Source of the DNA: Chrysomallon squamiferum
Taxonomy: Eukaryota > Animalia > Mollusca
NCBI GenBank assembly: GCA_012295275.1
Contig: CM022671.1
Coordinates: forward strand, 22,878,001 to 22,942,000
Length of the DNA stretch: 64,000 nucleotides
Direction of reading: 5' to 3'
In this document: in pieces, positions 1-14,300 of the stretch
How the letters are laid out: each line of letters begins with the position of its first letter
Numbering within the stretch: the stretch's first letter is position 1
Program-made: the position numbers and the translations under genes
Notes under the pieces: model-generated
What the model was told of the DNA's origin: nothing
What the model saw: only the letters and a program-made list of their open reading frames with translations
Databases searched by the model: none

Positions 1-206
1 ATTAGCTGAATTCTTTCAGTGCTTGTTATTAAAATACCTATGTTTCGTATGTCTGTCTGTCTGTCTGTCTGTATGTATGTATGCATGTATGTATGCATTT
101 ATATATGTATGTATGTATGTATGTGAGTTTGTGTTTGAGAGTGAGAGAAAGTGACAAATGTACTTTCCTCATTTCGTTTTCTTTTCTTTTGCATACATCA
201 GTTGTT

Positions 207-209
<3 letters not shown>

Positions 210-283
<74 letters not shown>
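210..283. repeat. (CT)n microsatellite
   Basis: Perfect dinucleotide run. Confidence 0.95.
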
Positions 284-287
<4 letters not shown>

Positions 288-646
288 ACAGGTGACTTTG
301 CTTCAGTAGTTGAGTTTAGAAAATATGAAAAAGTGATTGTTCAAGCAAAATTGCACATGGGACAGGAAATAACCGTGTAAAGCGCATATTGATTTTAAAA
401 TCACTTATTAGTATTCTTCTCGCGTGTGAAATTCGATATGAACCAAACTCCCTTGTTCTTCGTAAAACAGTTAAACTTGTGATATGACCACAAATCCATT
501 TAGAAACATTGCCAGTCATGGGCTGAGATTAAACCAATACATCAAACTGAAATCGCAAAATTGCTAAATATTAGTTCTGATGGCCGGTAAAAAAAAAAAA
601 AAAAAAAAAGTGTGGGTGGTTATCTTTCAGACTGAAATACGCTATG

Positions 647-709
<63 letters not shown>

Positions 710-852
710 TTATGTATATGAATATATATATATATATATTAGAATAACGAAAGAAAACAGAAAAGAAGAAATGACTGAAATAATGCAAAAGTAAAATAAA
801 AATAGAAAATAGAATTTGATTATTTTAATTTATATATATATATTTTTACAAT

Positions 853-874
853 TCTTCTTCTTCTTCTTCTTCTT

Positions 875-905
<31 letters not shown>

Positions 906-922
906 TTATTATTATTATTATT
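853..922. repeat. (TTC)n(TTA)n compound microsatellite
   Basis: Read directly from the sequence. Confidence 0.9.
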
Positions 923-1968
923 ACTTATAGTGGGGAAGGGTATGCCTCCATATCTGGTATGAACGTTCTTTTTCATGCAAATAGTCTCTAGGGCTTTGAC
1001 ACGCCTATCTACTAGAAAACAGCGATGGTAAATTGGCCTAATCTTAATAACTTTTCTCTATCTTCCTTCAGCCAGCTGGTTGTTTAGATATCTGTGTTGG
1101 TGTGAGATACTCACGGGTGACTAATTACTTCTTACTGGTTTGTAAAAGCAATTTTATATTAATAATCAACTAAACCGCAAGGAGAAAATAAAATTAATTT
1201 CGTTAAAGACCTAAATTACAAAAGAGAGGGAAAAAAAAAAAAAAAAAAAAAAAATCGTTAAAACTTATATTAGAAGCATTCATCAAATTTGCAAAACCTC
1301 TCCGGATATAAACTCATTTATTTCTGACATACTGACATTCGGTTATTTTTATCTACGTTTAATTGTTCTATTTTCATCCAATTGTGTATACGAAATTGTT
1401 TATAGACTGAAGCTCTTTTCATCAGCCAATCTGTTGAATTTAGCTGAGATCAAAAGAAGGTGTGTTGAAAATGTGGGTGGCTCTGTATTGTTTTGCGTGT
1501 TGTTGTTTTTTCCTGAATGGTACGTAGTGAATGGAAAAATTTGGATTAAAACTATATTTGTTCCTTTTTACTCTTTTTTTTTCTAGACACACTGGAATAG
1601 ACCTACTGACACTGTGACCTATAAATTTTATATTAATACGAAAATAGACGAAAAATCCCACCATAATGTCTCTAAATAAAGAGGAATAAAGTTATAGGGA
1701 TGTAGTTGTGGGAGTTTTAAAAAAATAAAAAAAAGAAGAAACGTTAATGTTAATTAAATGGACTAATCATTTTCTGTATGTTGCAAGATTAGATTTGAGA
1801 TATTGCATTCTTTATTTCAGTAAGAACAGTTTCATTTTAGTTTTAACAAATAAACCGTAAGAGAAATGGTATGTGTTATAGTAAATGCAGACGAATTAAT
1901 ATTATGCTAAGTAATTTTATAACGTTCAGATTAAACATCAACGAAATGGTGATTCAGTAAGCGATAAC

Positions 1969-2048
<80 letters not shown>
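1969..2048. repeat. (GA)n microsatellite
   Basis: Read directly from the sequence. Confidence 0.95.
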
Positions 2049-2051
<3 letters not shown>

Positions 2052-2486
2052 AGTATGTTGTAACATTGATAAAGTATTAATGAAAACTATTTTTTTTTCT
2101 TTATTTAAAATTTTATAATAATACGAATTTTATTAATTTCAAACTAAGTTAGTTGAGCGCCATTTTATCTTTTGAATAATGGAAAAAATAAATGTGTGTA
2201 GATTGATTAAAATGAATTCTATACGTAAACCAGATAAAAAATGTTTGATAAATCAAAAACAATTTTGCATTCCGTCTAGTGATGAACATTAATTAGACCG
2301 AACGTCACCAATAATAAAAATAAAGGCGACAACGAAGAGAATTAATTGTCCAGAATACTGAAAAAATATTTTTTCTTTTTCTCCAGGCGAAATGTTCTTT
2401 TCTATTTCAATTAGAGAATTTAAAAAAAAAAAAAAAAATAATAATACAAAAAAAAAAAAAAAAAACAAAAAAATAAATAAAAAAAA

Positions 2487-2538
<52 letters not shown>

Positions 2539-2639
2539 AATATTGTCATATTAAATAATTTCATTCTACTAATACTAATGACAGACCTGAGCTGATAATT
2601 TTTTTTTTTATATCTGTTTTTATTTATTTATTTGAAATT

Positions 2640-2716
2640 ATATTCAGTAATTCTCAATGGCAGCTATTTCTTTAATTTACTGTTTTCGGCAGACATCGAT
2701 TAGTTTCGGTACTAAA
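2640..2716 (+). repeat. Dispersed repeat fragment homologous to 34797-34881
   Basis: CAGTAATTCTCA...AGCTATTTCT..AATTTACTGTTTT...CAGACATC..TTAGT.TC.GTACTAA is shared by both loci. Confidence 0.7.
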
Positions 2717-3788
2717 GGGAGAAGTGGGGGAGATGTAAGGTTACAGAACATTTAACATAATCTTGTGACGTAACAGAGGCGGGAAACACAAATGGTTTAG
2801 TAATGGTGGTTCACATTTTTGTTGATCGTATGACACGCTAAAACCATCATATATTATTGAGTTCTTAGGTTATTTTTTGCAATGATATATATATAGCATA
2901 TGTATTCTCAATACTGCATAAAGCGACAGTCTGAGCTAATGCTGGATACACGTTGTACTTTTCGGTTAGTGGCAAGTTGAGTTAAAATAAGAGACGCGCA
3001 GTAGAAAATGATTTTTACTAGCGGGAGTATGTCTAACTGGATCCGGACATTAAATCTGTTCAGGCCGTTACTGAAATAAGATTTAATTATAGTGGCGTGG
3101 GCGGCAATATGATGATCTTATGTATCCAGAGATAACGTTATTTGATCATAGAGAACGTAACAAAATTAAAAAGGACAGCGATCGATCTAGCTAAATCATT
3201 TACCTTTTAAAACATACAGTTTTCCTACACAGAAGCATGTGACTTGTTCTCAGTTGACATTTAGCAGAGAAGGAACAAATTTCAAATCAGTAATTTCCCA
3301 ATTTTCCAAACAACTAACGGTACACAACAATATAATCCATCTTCTAGCAAATCTGCTTAGAAAGTGTAAATATTTATATATTTTAAAATAACAGTTTCGT
3401 TCTTTACTTTTCGTTATTTAATTTGTATTTTATGTATATATTTAGGTTTAAAATACAATACCGGTCCCAAGCTAAACAGTCCTAAACGGTCCTAAACGGT
3501 CCGGTATTCATACATTGTACAACGACATACCTACTACAAAATGCAACATTGACTACTGATACTACATCTACTATCTCAGTTGTGACAATAACAACAATGA
3601 TTAACAAAACTGATATGCTAATACCCTTGTTGGTTACGTAAAATAGCACTGTTGCCATTATTAACTAATATAATTTACACAAAACCGTAATTTTCTGTTT
3701 TTAATAAAATATCATAAGGACATATTGAGAATAGACCTCCCCAAAAAAAAAACAGAAAAATAACAATACAAAAAAACAAAAACAAACA

Positions 3789-3839
<51 letters not shown>

Positions 3840-5889
3840 TTAAAAAACTACGAATACAAAAGAAAAAAAAAGTAGAACATATTGTTTTATTTTTATTTTA
3901 TTTATGTTTTCTTTTAAAACAACAGAATAAGGAAAAGAACACCATGAGAACAAAAAACAAAAAAAAAAAAAAAAACAGAACACTTCCTTTTTAATTTTAT
4001 TTATTTATTTTCTTTTTAAATAACAAAATAAGGAAAAGAAAAACAATTCAGCCATAACTTTCTCATTTCTACGGTTTCACTACATCCATTTCAGAATATC
4101 ATATATCACAGAAATACGCAAAGAAGCCATTCATGCTCGAGAAGAAAAAATCGATTAGAAATGTTTTTGTTGTAATTGTATGTTTTAAAACTTATCGCAT
4201 ACATATTAGTTTTCTGTTTTACACTTTCACTTAACAGTCAGTGGGTTGTTGTCATATGTCTTGTATCTAAACACAAAACCGCAGAATAAAGATGGGCGAA
4301 TTATGATTATGCAAACTTAATGTTTTTTTGCAAATAAAGTCTACATAGCACAGCCGGTATTAACGAAACTATGACGTCAGAAGTGCCAACCAGATGCAAA
4401 GTTCGGGCGCCATCGTACTAACCATCAAATCCATTTAGACGTCTTGACTTCTGTTCTGCGTACAGATTTCGGCTCTGCGACCGAAAGCAGCTATTAAATT
4501 AAATGAAATCTCCCAAGCCGATCAAAAAGGGGACCATAGCAAAACGCGAATCCATCATTTCTTGACGTCACTCTCTGTAGGTCACCGGGTTAGTGTGGTT
4601 CGACGTAACCAAGGTCGCAGCACCTATCATTGACAAGTCATCTAATCAATCAACCTAGAATTACCCCTCGAACAACCTCCGGCTATGATACTACATTAAT
4701 GTAATCTCTTACCGAGACAAGGTGCCTAAGACTGCCTCGGGTCAAGTGCACTAATATTATTGGTCTTTGAAAATTATTAAAGTAATAGCCGCACTCGGAA
4801 GGACTAGTGGTATCATGGAGGTTTGAATGTCCAGTTATTGGATATGTTAAAAAAAAAAGCATGACAGTGTGAAAGAAATTAATACTGGTTGTTTCCAGAT
4901 GAAAGGTTTTTGTTGAAGTTTAGGAAGCACGGGACAATTTATATTAAACAAACAGGGGAAAACATACCATCAGTTTTGAAAAAGTACTAATCTATAGCTT
5001 ATCTTTCGAGATGATTATTAGGATGCAATAATCCTGAAAAAAAAAAAAAAAAAAATAAAAAAAAAAAAATATGTACAGAATATTTACGTGAAATAAAGCC
5101 AGTATCTTCCAAGAACGTGCAGTTCCAGTAAAATGTAATATAAATAGGCAAAACTGTATTATTTCATTCTTTCTCATTTATATAACAGTTTTTCATTTAT
5201 TAATAAGCGTGACGACTTGCACGTATTTGTTTTGCTGAAATGTTCCATTTACGTCAAATTTCGAACATTGTGTTGGGATGTGTAATCAAGCTTGTGTAAC
5301 ATGTCCTGTGTTATTTTGTTCAAAATAATTACATCAATAAACCTTTCAAAATATCAACTGTAATTCGCTTTTTTATGGTTCACGTCAGAAACCGACGAAT
5401 TTGTGGAGATAAATCATATGGTAATAATAACATCTATTAACATTTGTTTGTACTTTTTTGTTCTTGTTCAAGCGTCATTAGCTCAATAAAACTTTAATGG
5501 CATGCCAACACAAGCAAAAAGAAGACGAAAAAAAAAAAAAAAGTCTAGTTACCAGTTACCAAATAACAGGTCAGATAAAGAAAGAATAACAAAAATCAAG
5601 ACTTGTATGAATTTATCACTAATTATTAACTTGATTGTTTATGTATGTATGCATTTATGTATGTATGGCTGGTTTCCCTCCGGCTAAAATAAATTAATAA
5701 ATGAATGAATGAATAAATAAGTCAGTGTCCACATGTGTACCCTGTCGTGCTCTGAATGATATTCGAGCTGAACTCGATATCAGCTTCACAGCTTAGTTTA
5801 CCGACACAGTGGATATGGCGCAAAGCATCAGTGAAGAGATAGCCATACCGAGAACTGTATGTATGCATGTATGTATGTATGTGTATGTA

Positions 5890-5925
<36 letters not shown>

Positions 5926-7020
5926 TGTATGCATGCATGTATATAATTAATGAAACAAAAGTTGCTTTGTTTCATTGCAAACAGAAATAATAATAATAAT
6001 TAAAAAAAGGAATTAAATAAATAAAAACAAAAAAAAAAAATGTGAACAAAAAATATACTTCCACTTTGCTGTTAAGCTCCTCTCACTAATTAAACATGAT
6101 GCGCACTTCACCTGCTAATTTATTTCAAGTGAATGCCATTAAGTATTGATTCGTATTGATTTCCAGTTCCTTAATTAATTTACCATTCCGCATTTTCATC
6201 TAGCGTCTAGTCCTAGCCGTAATTTCATTTCTATTCTGAATTTTATTTACAGCCATGCACATCAGACTTTCTTTCAGCGTTTAGACCCCCAAGAGAGGCA
6301 TTTGACTGAAACAAAAAAATACAATTAAATGCACATCATTGCAGACAGTAATAAATAAATCTCTTGTTGCTTTTAGTGTTAGTTATACAATTCTTTCCCA
6401 CAAACAATTTCGAGGCAATCATACAATAATTTCCGGACCGGATACCAAAAGGAAACATTTTTCTGCCGTATGACCGACTTTAAATCATGGCTTCTTTTCA
6501 CTAGTGCTGTTATTAATGTTATTTCGCACGGAAACATCAGAACTGTCCTCGCAAGTGCTTGATATCTGATTCCTAAATCTTCCATTACACTTGCGTCATC
6601 GATGACGTCATACGGACATTAAGAAACTAAGTATAGATCTCGAGTGGCGTCTGAAAGCTGGCATTCTGATCATTGGCAATGAAATATATCAATGAAGGAA
6701 AAATTATTCATTTTCTATAATGACCAGTATCGAGATACGAAATGGAAACATTTTGCCATTTGACACGTGTGTCGTCTGAATTTGACTGATAAATCTAAAT
6801 TAAAAAAAAAGAAAGAAAGAAAAAAAAAAGACTGAAGATAGAAGATAAACGTATTAGGAGGCCTGTACAAATTTATCAAATAGAAAACTGAGCATCGTAA
6901 TTTAAAAAACCTTTGGCAGTAACGACAGGTCGAATAGCTTGCTTATTATCATCACTTGAGTTGTCATTTTAAAATAAATAAATAAAAAAATTTAAAAATA
7001 AAAAATAAAAAAATAAATAC

Positions 7021-7055
<35 letters not shown>

Positions 7056-7438
7056 AAAAAATAAAAAATAATAATAATAATAAAATAAAGAAGATGAAGA
7101 AGAAAAAGGTCATGGAACCAGTAAATTGCAATTTAGTAAGTTACAGAATAACATACGTCTTTAATTTCCTCCTTGAGGTAAAGAAATGTGAAAAAGAACT
7201 GCAGCTTCCCGTTTCTTCCTATTTATTTATTCTCTAGTTCTAATTTTTATTTATTCATTAACTTGTTTACTTATTTCTTTTTTAAATAAAATATGAGCTA
7301 AAATGCACTTCTCCGGTACAGTTTAAAACACACACACACACACAGAAACATACACACGATAACACACAAATATAATGAATGACTGGACTCATCCAAGCAT
7401 TAAATAACGTATTCAAGAATTTAATATAGAATTTTGTA

Positions 7439-7485
<47 letters not shown>

Positions 7486-7493
7486 TGATGATG

Positions 7494-7526
<33 letters not shown>

Positions 7527-8119
7527 TTAGACCTTTGTCACTTCATAAATATTCAATTTCTGCTGGTTATGTAAGACTAAAGCTTTCTTTCGTGTATTTC
7601 TGTATACATACATACATCCGTATAAAAACAATGTAATATCTATCATTATTTAATGAATAATTCACAATGAATCTAGGAATTTCGATTTTGTGAGAAGACG
7701 GCGGCATTATCTCATTTATTAAACTGCTTTTGATATACAGCACAAATAGAAAATAAATAGAAAGTCTGTCGATTTTTTAAGTATCTTCTTTATTACGTTT
7801 ATAATTTGTTTTTTTGTTTTTTTCTGAATATTTGTCTAATTATAAGAAATCGATAAATCGATCTTAAAATAGGCTCTTCTTAGCTAATGCTGGGATGATT
7901 CCTTCCAATATTCTGCCTTTTATAAAATACGTTGAGTAGAATATATTATATTGTGGTATTTATTAATTTTAATACATCTTGCATTTACCGTAATACCTGC
8001 AGCATTTGTAACAGTTATATTTCTATGAAGTCACTAATAAGATATTATTTTATTTATTTATTTTTTATTTTATGTATATCTGTATGTACATACTGTTTTG
8101 TTTTCTACGCGTGTGCCTT

Positions 8120-8169
<50 letters not shown>

Positions 8170-8483
8170 AACACACACATATGTATATATACTGAATATA
8201 TATTAATATACAGATAGATATTAATATACAGATAGATACACACACACACACACACGACAAATCTGACCTGTGCGTTAGACTGACCCACGGACGTGTTACC
8301 TGTCACATTTGTCTAGAACCCTTAAGCAACATCACCTTGTTAATGGTTACTGTATCAAGTACTTCTGTAATAATACCTGACATTTGTTAAATCAGTTCGT
8401 ATCATTAATTTTTCATTTCTAATATTCATAATAATAATAATTATTATTATTATTATAATTGTAATAAATATATAAATAATTAA

Positions 8484-8514
<31 letters not shown>

Positions 8515-9836
8515 AAACACAAATAAATAAATAAAATCCCATTACGATTTATTCAAGTAAATTATTAAAATTGTAGAATATTTTAGTATTGCGTTCTCTG
8601 AAATATGACACATACCCTACGTATGTTTTCCTTTTTTGGGGGTTATAAAAAAATATAAAAAAATAAAAAATAATAAAAAGTCCGGATAACTATCTAAAAA
8701 CGGAAACACTATTGTCAGCAGTAAAAACGAGTGATTTATTAAATGAAATTTTATATTTGGGTCATAATACTTACGCTGTGTTAATAATGCTTATTTCCGA
8801 TGTTACCTCATTACACGAAATAAAGTTAAATAACATAGAAACCAAGCTACAAAAAGCGATCGTTCTGTGGTTCTTTATTAATATTCTACATCTAAAGAGC
8901 AATGAGGTTTACACGAGTGTCTGTATCAATAATAAACTCTTAATTTAACCACTGGTATTCCTCAGCTTTAAAAAGAAAAGCCATTTGATCCAATTTCCAG
9001 CGGCTATTAACTGACGGAGATAACCATTCTTAAGGTTTTTACGGTATACCGTATTTAATGGTATCAAAATAAGATGAAGAATCGAATTATATTAACGATT
9101 TGACAAATACTTAAACTACCGGTCTATTTAGAAACTGTAAGCTTGGTGATTTCCATGACAATCACGTAGAAAAGATGGTCTTTTGGGAATCATTTGTCAA
9201 ATTAAACCGTTCTGTATCTGTGATTTTTGAATGACGAACGAATTTAGCCAGACGAAGAGCGATCAGACTGAACAGTACAATCTTGTGTTATCTGTTCCGT
9301 CAAATTAAAGTGAATCGATGTCCGATTCTTCAAAAACCGGGTGACCGAATATGGTTGGGTTGCATTTGTTCAGAAACAAGAACCTGGCTTCTAAAAACGA
9401 TATGACATTTGAACTTACATTATGTACTCAAGAGAATAGATGCATTGCTTGAATTTACATAGTGTTTTCCAGACTGATACGATGTTTGAAAGTATTCTAG
9501 ACAGAGGCGATGTTTGAATTAATATTGCGTATTCGAAACAGGTACGATGTTACGGACTTACGTAGTAGTACTTTCTAGACGAAATAGATTGTTTGAACTT
9601 ACATAGCATATTCGAGAGAGAGATGATTTCCAATAGCAGCGTCCTTTGGAGACAAACGAGAGAATAGTCATTTTCACTTTTACTTTTTAAAACGGGAGAA
9701 ATAAATTATGTGGTGTTATTAAATGATAAAAATATAACATTTTCATTAAGCATGAAGCCTATCAGTGGTAGCCTAATAATTTTAATGCCGTTTTTTAAAT
9801 TTTTCTTCTTTTTATATTCATTTAAAATTAAATTAA

Positions 9837-9871
<35 letters not shown>

Positions 9872-10046
9872 GGCAGTCATTTTAAACTGGTTACTTTAAG
9901 CTAATTTTAAACAGAGACGATCACGCAAAATTCCATTTAACCGAAAATTTTCGTGAACAGCATTAATTTTATTCTTCCCACGCACTAACTGATCCAAGAT
10001 GATTTTCCGATATGCAGTTACGCTATTTACTTACAAATGAATTATA

Positions 10047-10108
<62 letters not shown>

Positions 10109-11324
10109 GAAAAAGAAATAAGAATAAAAAAAACAGTTTAAGGTTTATCAATAAGGATCAAGTCTGTAACTCACAACTGGTATGTTAATTGTCTGTTCTC
10201 TGTACAGAAGTATGGATACAAATATTCATTACTCTAAAGAAATAAATAAAAACTGAATAATTCTAAGCAAAAAACGAAACAATGTGTCACTGGCATGCAT
10301 CATGAAATAAAATAATGTATATAAAAAAATTCGGTTATTGATCCATTCAGTTAACATCGTCCTCAGCTGTTTTTGTTTTATGAATGAATTACAAATATAT
10401 TTTTTCCCGATCTTATTACAATGCTGTAAAAGTTGTATGCATGCAATGATGAACGTACAATGAAAGGTATGTACGCCTCCGATAATATGCTAAACATCCT
10501 GGCTTATATAGATGATTTTGAGCAATTTCGACCCTATAATGTACTATCCGCATTCACAAATTTCAAATCTCGAATGTATTACAGTTTTCATTTTTTTTAA
10601 TGCTTAGATGGGGATGTTTTCTCTAATTCTGTATGACCAAAGTAATTTTTATTATTTATTATGGAAGGCTTTCATAAATATATTTTTTGATATGCAGAGT
10701 AACGTAGCTAAAATGTACAGAGAAAAATATTTCCATTTGGTTTTATTTGGCACTGAACTTAATTACTGGCTGTATTTATAACAACTACAACAATAATAAT
10801 AATAAAAATATAGTATAGGCTTCACGTTTACATAATTTTCTTTCAAGAAAACAAACACATGGTATCGAGTTTATTAAAACATGTCTAAAAACATGTATTA
10901 ATTTTAATAAACATCTTGGGTATAAACAAAAAGGCTATAAATACTTTTACTTAAAATTGTGATAAATTTTTTTTTTTTTTTTTTTTTAGAAATAACGAAA
11001 AAAGACATTCCTAAAAGCTTATAACATTCTTCTCTCTCTCTTTTTTTTTTTTTTTTTTTTAAATGCCATCATTTGTATTTTCATAATTTGTTTTCTTTTT
11101 CAATTTGGTTTCATGTTTACATAAATCATCACAGAAATAAATGTACTGGAAGACAAAATCATATATATTAACACTCCATCAAATAACGGTAATTTCTTTC
11201 ACTGAATTATTCTGAAGTACTTAAACATGATCTGCTCAGAATGACTCCTCTCTAAGGGTTTTAAATTTTCCACTGACATTAGCACATTCTGTAATAACTA
11301 ATGAATATTTATAACAGTCAAATG

Positions 11325-14300
11325 TCACTCTTCAAACAACATCTTCACAAGATCATCTTTAGCACACTGTTCTTCTTCTAGTCTCTGTGGCTGAAGAACA
11401 ATTATTAAATAAGTGCAATAATTGTAAACAGTTCGACTGTTTCAATATACTGGAATATTGTTAACATCTGCACATTTGTAAATGAGAATTAATTAAGAAC
11501 ATTTTTTTTTTTTGTACATAAAAGTTCTATTAAATAAATATAACATAACATCCCAAGACTCAAAGAAAAATTTACAGTTAAAGAATATATATGTATAAAA
11601 ATTTAATTTGAGCAGGCAAATGGTGATTATTATTATTATTTTTTTTTTTTATCAAAATCAAATTATATTTCAAATCATATACTTCAGGGGGGTCACTGTT
11701 GATTATAATTTTTTCAATGATAAGCACTGCTGAAGGTCACCTGGTAATAACTAACATATTTCTTGAAGTGATGTGAAATAAAAATTGAATAACTAAAATT
11801 TATAACTACAAAATAATACTGGATTTATTTCTAATGTATTTTTATGCATATGTTTTAAATGCTTCACAACTGTTTTTCCTAAGACAAGTAGTAAGCCTAT
11901 TAATTTATGAAACAAGGGAAGTAACCAACAAACTTTTGGTTAATCAAGAATTGTACACTTTTCTCGTGATACAGATTAACTGAAATAATTCCACATAAAC
12001 AGTCATGTAACTTTAAATTATAATTTATCTGTGAGTAAGTATTTAATATGAAGAAATGTTTTTAGCAGATATAATCTTTTGTGGGAGATGTCATTAAAAA
12101 AAAAACATAAACCTACGAAAACACACGATGAAAAAACCCAAAATATATATATATATAAAAAAATTAAAAATTAATACCGTTCCAATCTTGATTAATGTTG
12201 GTACTGATTTTAGCTTTAACTGCGGATCTGTCCTAAATGCATTACCTTGGTCTTTCCAGCTATAAAAAAATAAAAAAATAAAGTAAAATAATTTAAAATA
12301 AAAACAATTATTAACAGCATTAACTATAAAACATTTATGAAAATATTTTTAATAACTATTTAATCATAATAATTGTGCAAAAAAACCAGTTACTCAATTA
12401 AATTATTTATTAATTTAAGAATTTTATCTTCTGTCACTATTAAAATTTAAAAATAATTTAAATTATATTACCCAGCAAGCATAAAATGTACATACTAAGC
12501 AACACCAATCACTTACTAAGGTTTGTCACCAACACTGCAGTGAATAAAAACAGCATCATCAGGTGCATATTGTTTATTTCTTTCTATAACTGGTTGAGCT
12601 AAAACAGAAATAAGCTTAATGAAAATTTGTAATTTAGCACAAAATAAAATAATATATATATAATACAACTGACAGTGTCTACAATTACCTTTTTAAATGA
12701 AAGTTTTTATCAATTTTCTCTATCAGTGACAAAACAGAAATATGTTAAGAAAATTCATGTTTTTATCAAGTACTGAATAACTGGAGTATCTGAAATAGTA
12801 CATATGGGTCATTCCGTGTCAAATCACCCAATGGTTTAAACCCGACCGTCTCAGATTTTTATGAAACTTGGTATACTTGTTGACTGGGATCCCACAGCAC
12901 CAAATCTGAAATGTTAGCCCAATCAGACCAGTGGTGTGGGAGATACGGCCCACGGAATTTTGAGATTTTTGCCAAAAATGGGTGTGACCACCAACCTTAG
13001 AACCCTCATATCTCAGGAACTACTGGGCCAATCTTCATAAAATTTATTGTTAGAAAGGCAAAATGACAAGGATACCAAATCTGCCATTTTTGTTTAGTTT
13101 GGAAAATATTGGAGTACCTTGACCTTTTGACCTTTGCTATGACCTTGAAATTGACCGTGTGGATCACGTGATCTTGAGATGACCTTTATTGAAATTTAAT
13201 CTCCCACATGTTAACTAAAACATATAAAAGTTTCCTGGGTGTAATATTTTTTGTTTAGCCACAATATAGATTTAAAAAATGCACATACATGAAAATAACA
13301 CCTTTTCAGCCATTAACATCTGATTGACTAAAACCTGAATGATCATTTCTGGATTCTAGGAATCACCATCTCTCTTGATCATCAAGTGAGACATTGTAGG
13401 CCTACATGTATGCATAAAGTTCACATATAAAAGTTTCCTGGGTATAATATTTTTTGTTTAGCCATAATAGAGATTAAACAAATGCATACCTGCATGGATG
13501 CTTGATACAATGCATTACAATGTACATTTTCTCTGACTAAAAACTCATCTTTGGAGTTAAAATCCACCTGACATGTCTGAAGGAACGCCTGAAGGATATG
13601 AAAAGATGCCAAATGGCATGACATGTTCTACACAATCAGGCTCAAAGGGTTAACAGGAAGTGATTCTTCAGGCAGGTCAGGAACTCCTTTAGATTCCCTG
13701 GTGCAATCCCCATTTAGCACATGGCAATTTGAAGTTTAAGACAAAGAAGTTTCTTCATCTGCATTTCTTTGACAATCTGAAGCTTTTTAAGTTGGACACA
13801 ATGTCAGATGTTGATATATAAACAATATTTTTATTTTATAAAACCTATTAAGTAATTTTATCATGTCATGTGGGCCTTGCCATTGGTTTTGAACAAGGTT
13901 TCAGTCAACAACAGTACAACCCAGTCTGATATCAGACATCATCAAGTGATGTACTGCATAATGTATTTGTACACCAAGTCTTCGGCACAGAGTATGAACA
14001 AGGTCTACCTTCACCTTAATAAACTGAAATTTATACTCGAGAAGATTGACATAAATGCCCAAGACTTGTGGGCCTTTGGCAATAACACATGTACTCTGCT
14101 GCCATTTTATGACCTGCTTAACTTTACTGAAAGGGTTTCAGGATTTGATTTAATATTTAGGAAAGCACTGACTTTGTTCTATTGAATTGAAGGTGCAGGC
14201 CAATACTGAAAATCCTTATTTCTTCCAGGGCTAACTGCAGCTTTAACTCTCCTGAAAATGTGTGTTATCAACACCATCATATCAAAAAGGAGTTGTTGCG

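Noticed and set aside
81-380. ORFs with SLSLSL, RERERE, YIHT or FIYL runs (also 2289-2564, 5722-5975, 7932-8306, 54090-54494, 58147-58818)
   Set aside because: These are translations of microsatellites, with no coding signal.
3472-3503. CTAAAC(A/G)GTC x3 and other short tandem repeats as CRISPR-like arrays
   Set aside because: They are head-to-tail with no spacers, in a eukaryotic context.
13868-14185. 105-aa ORF inside the transposon as a cargo gene
   Set aside because: It is frameshifted in copy 2 and has no recognisable motif.
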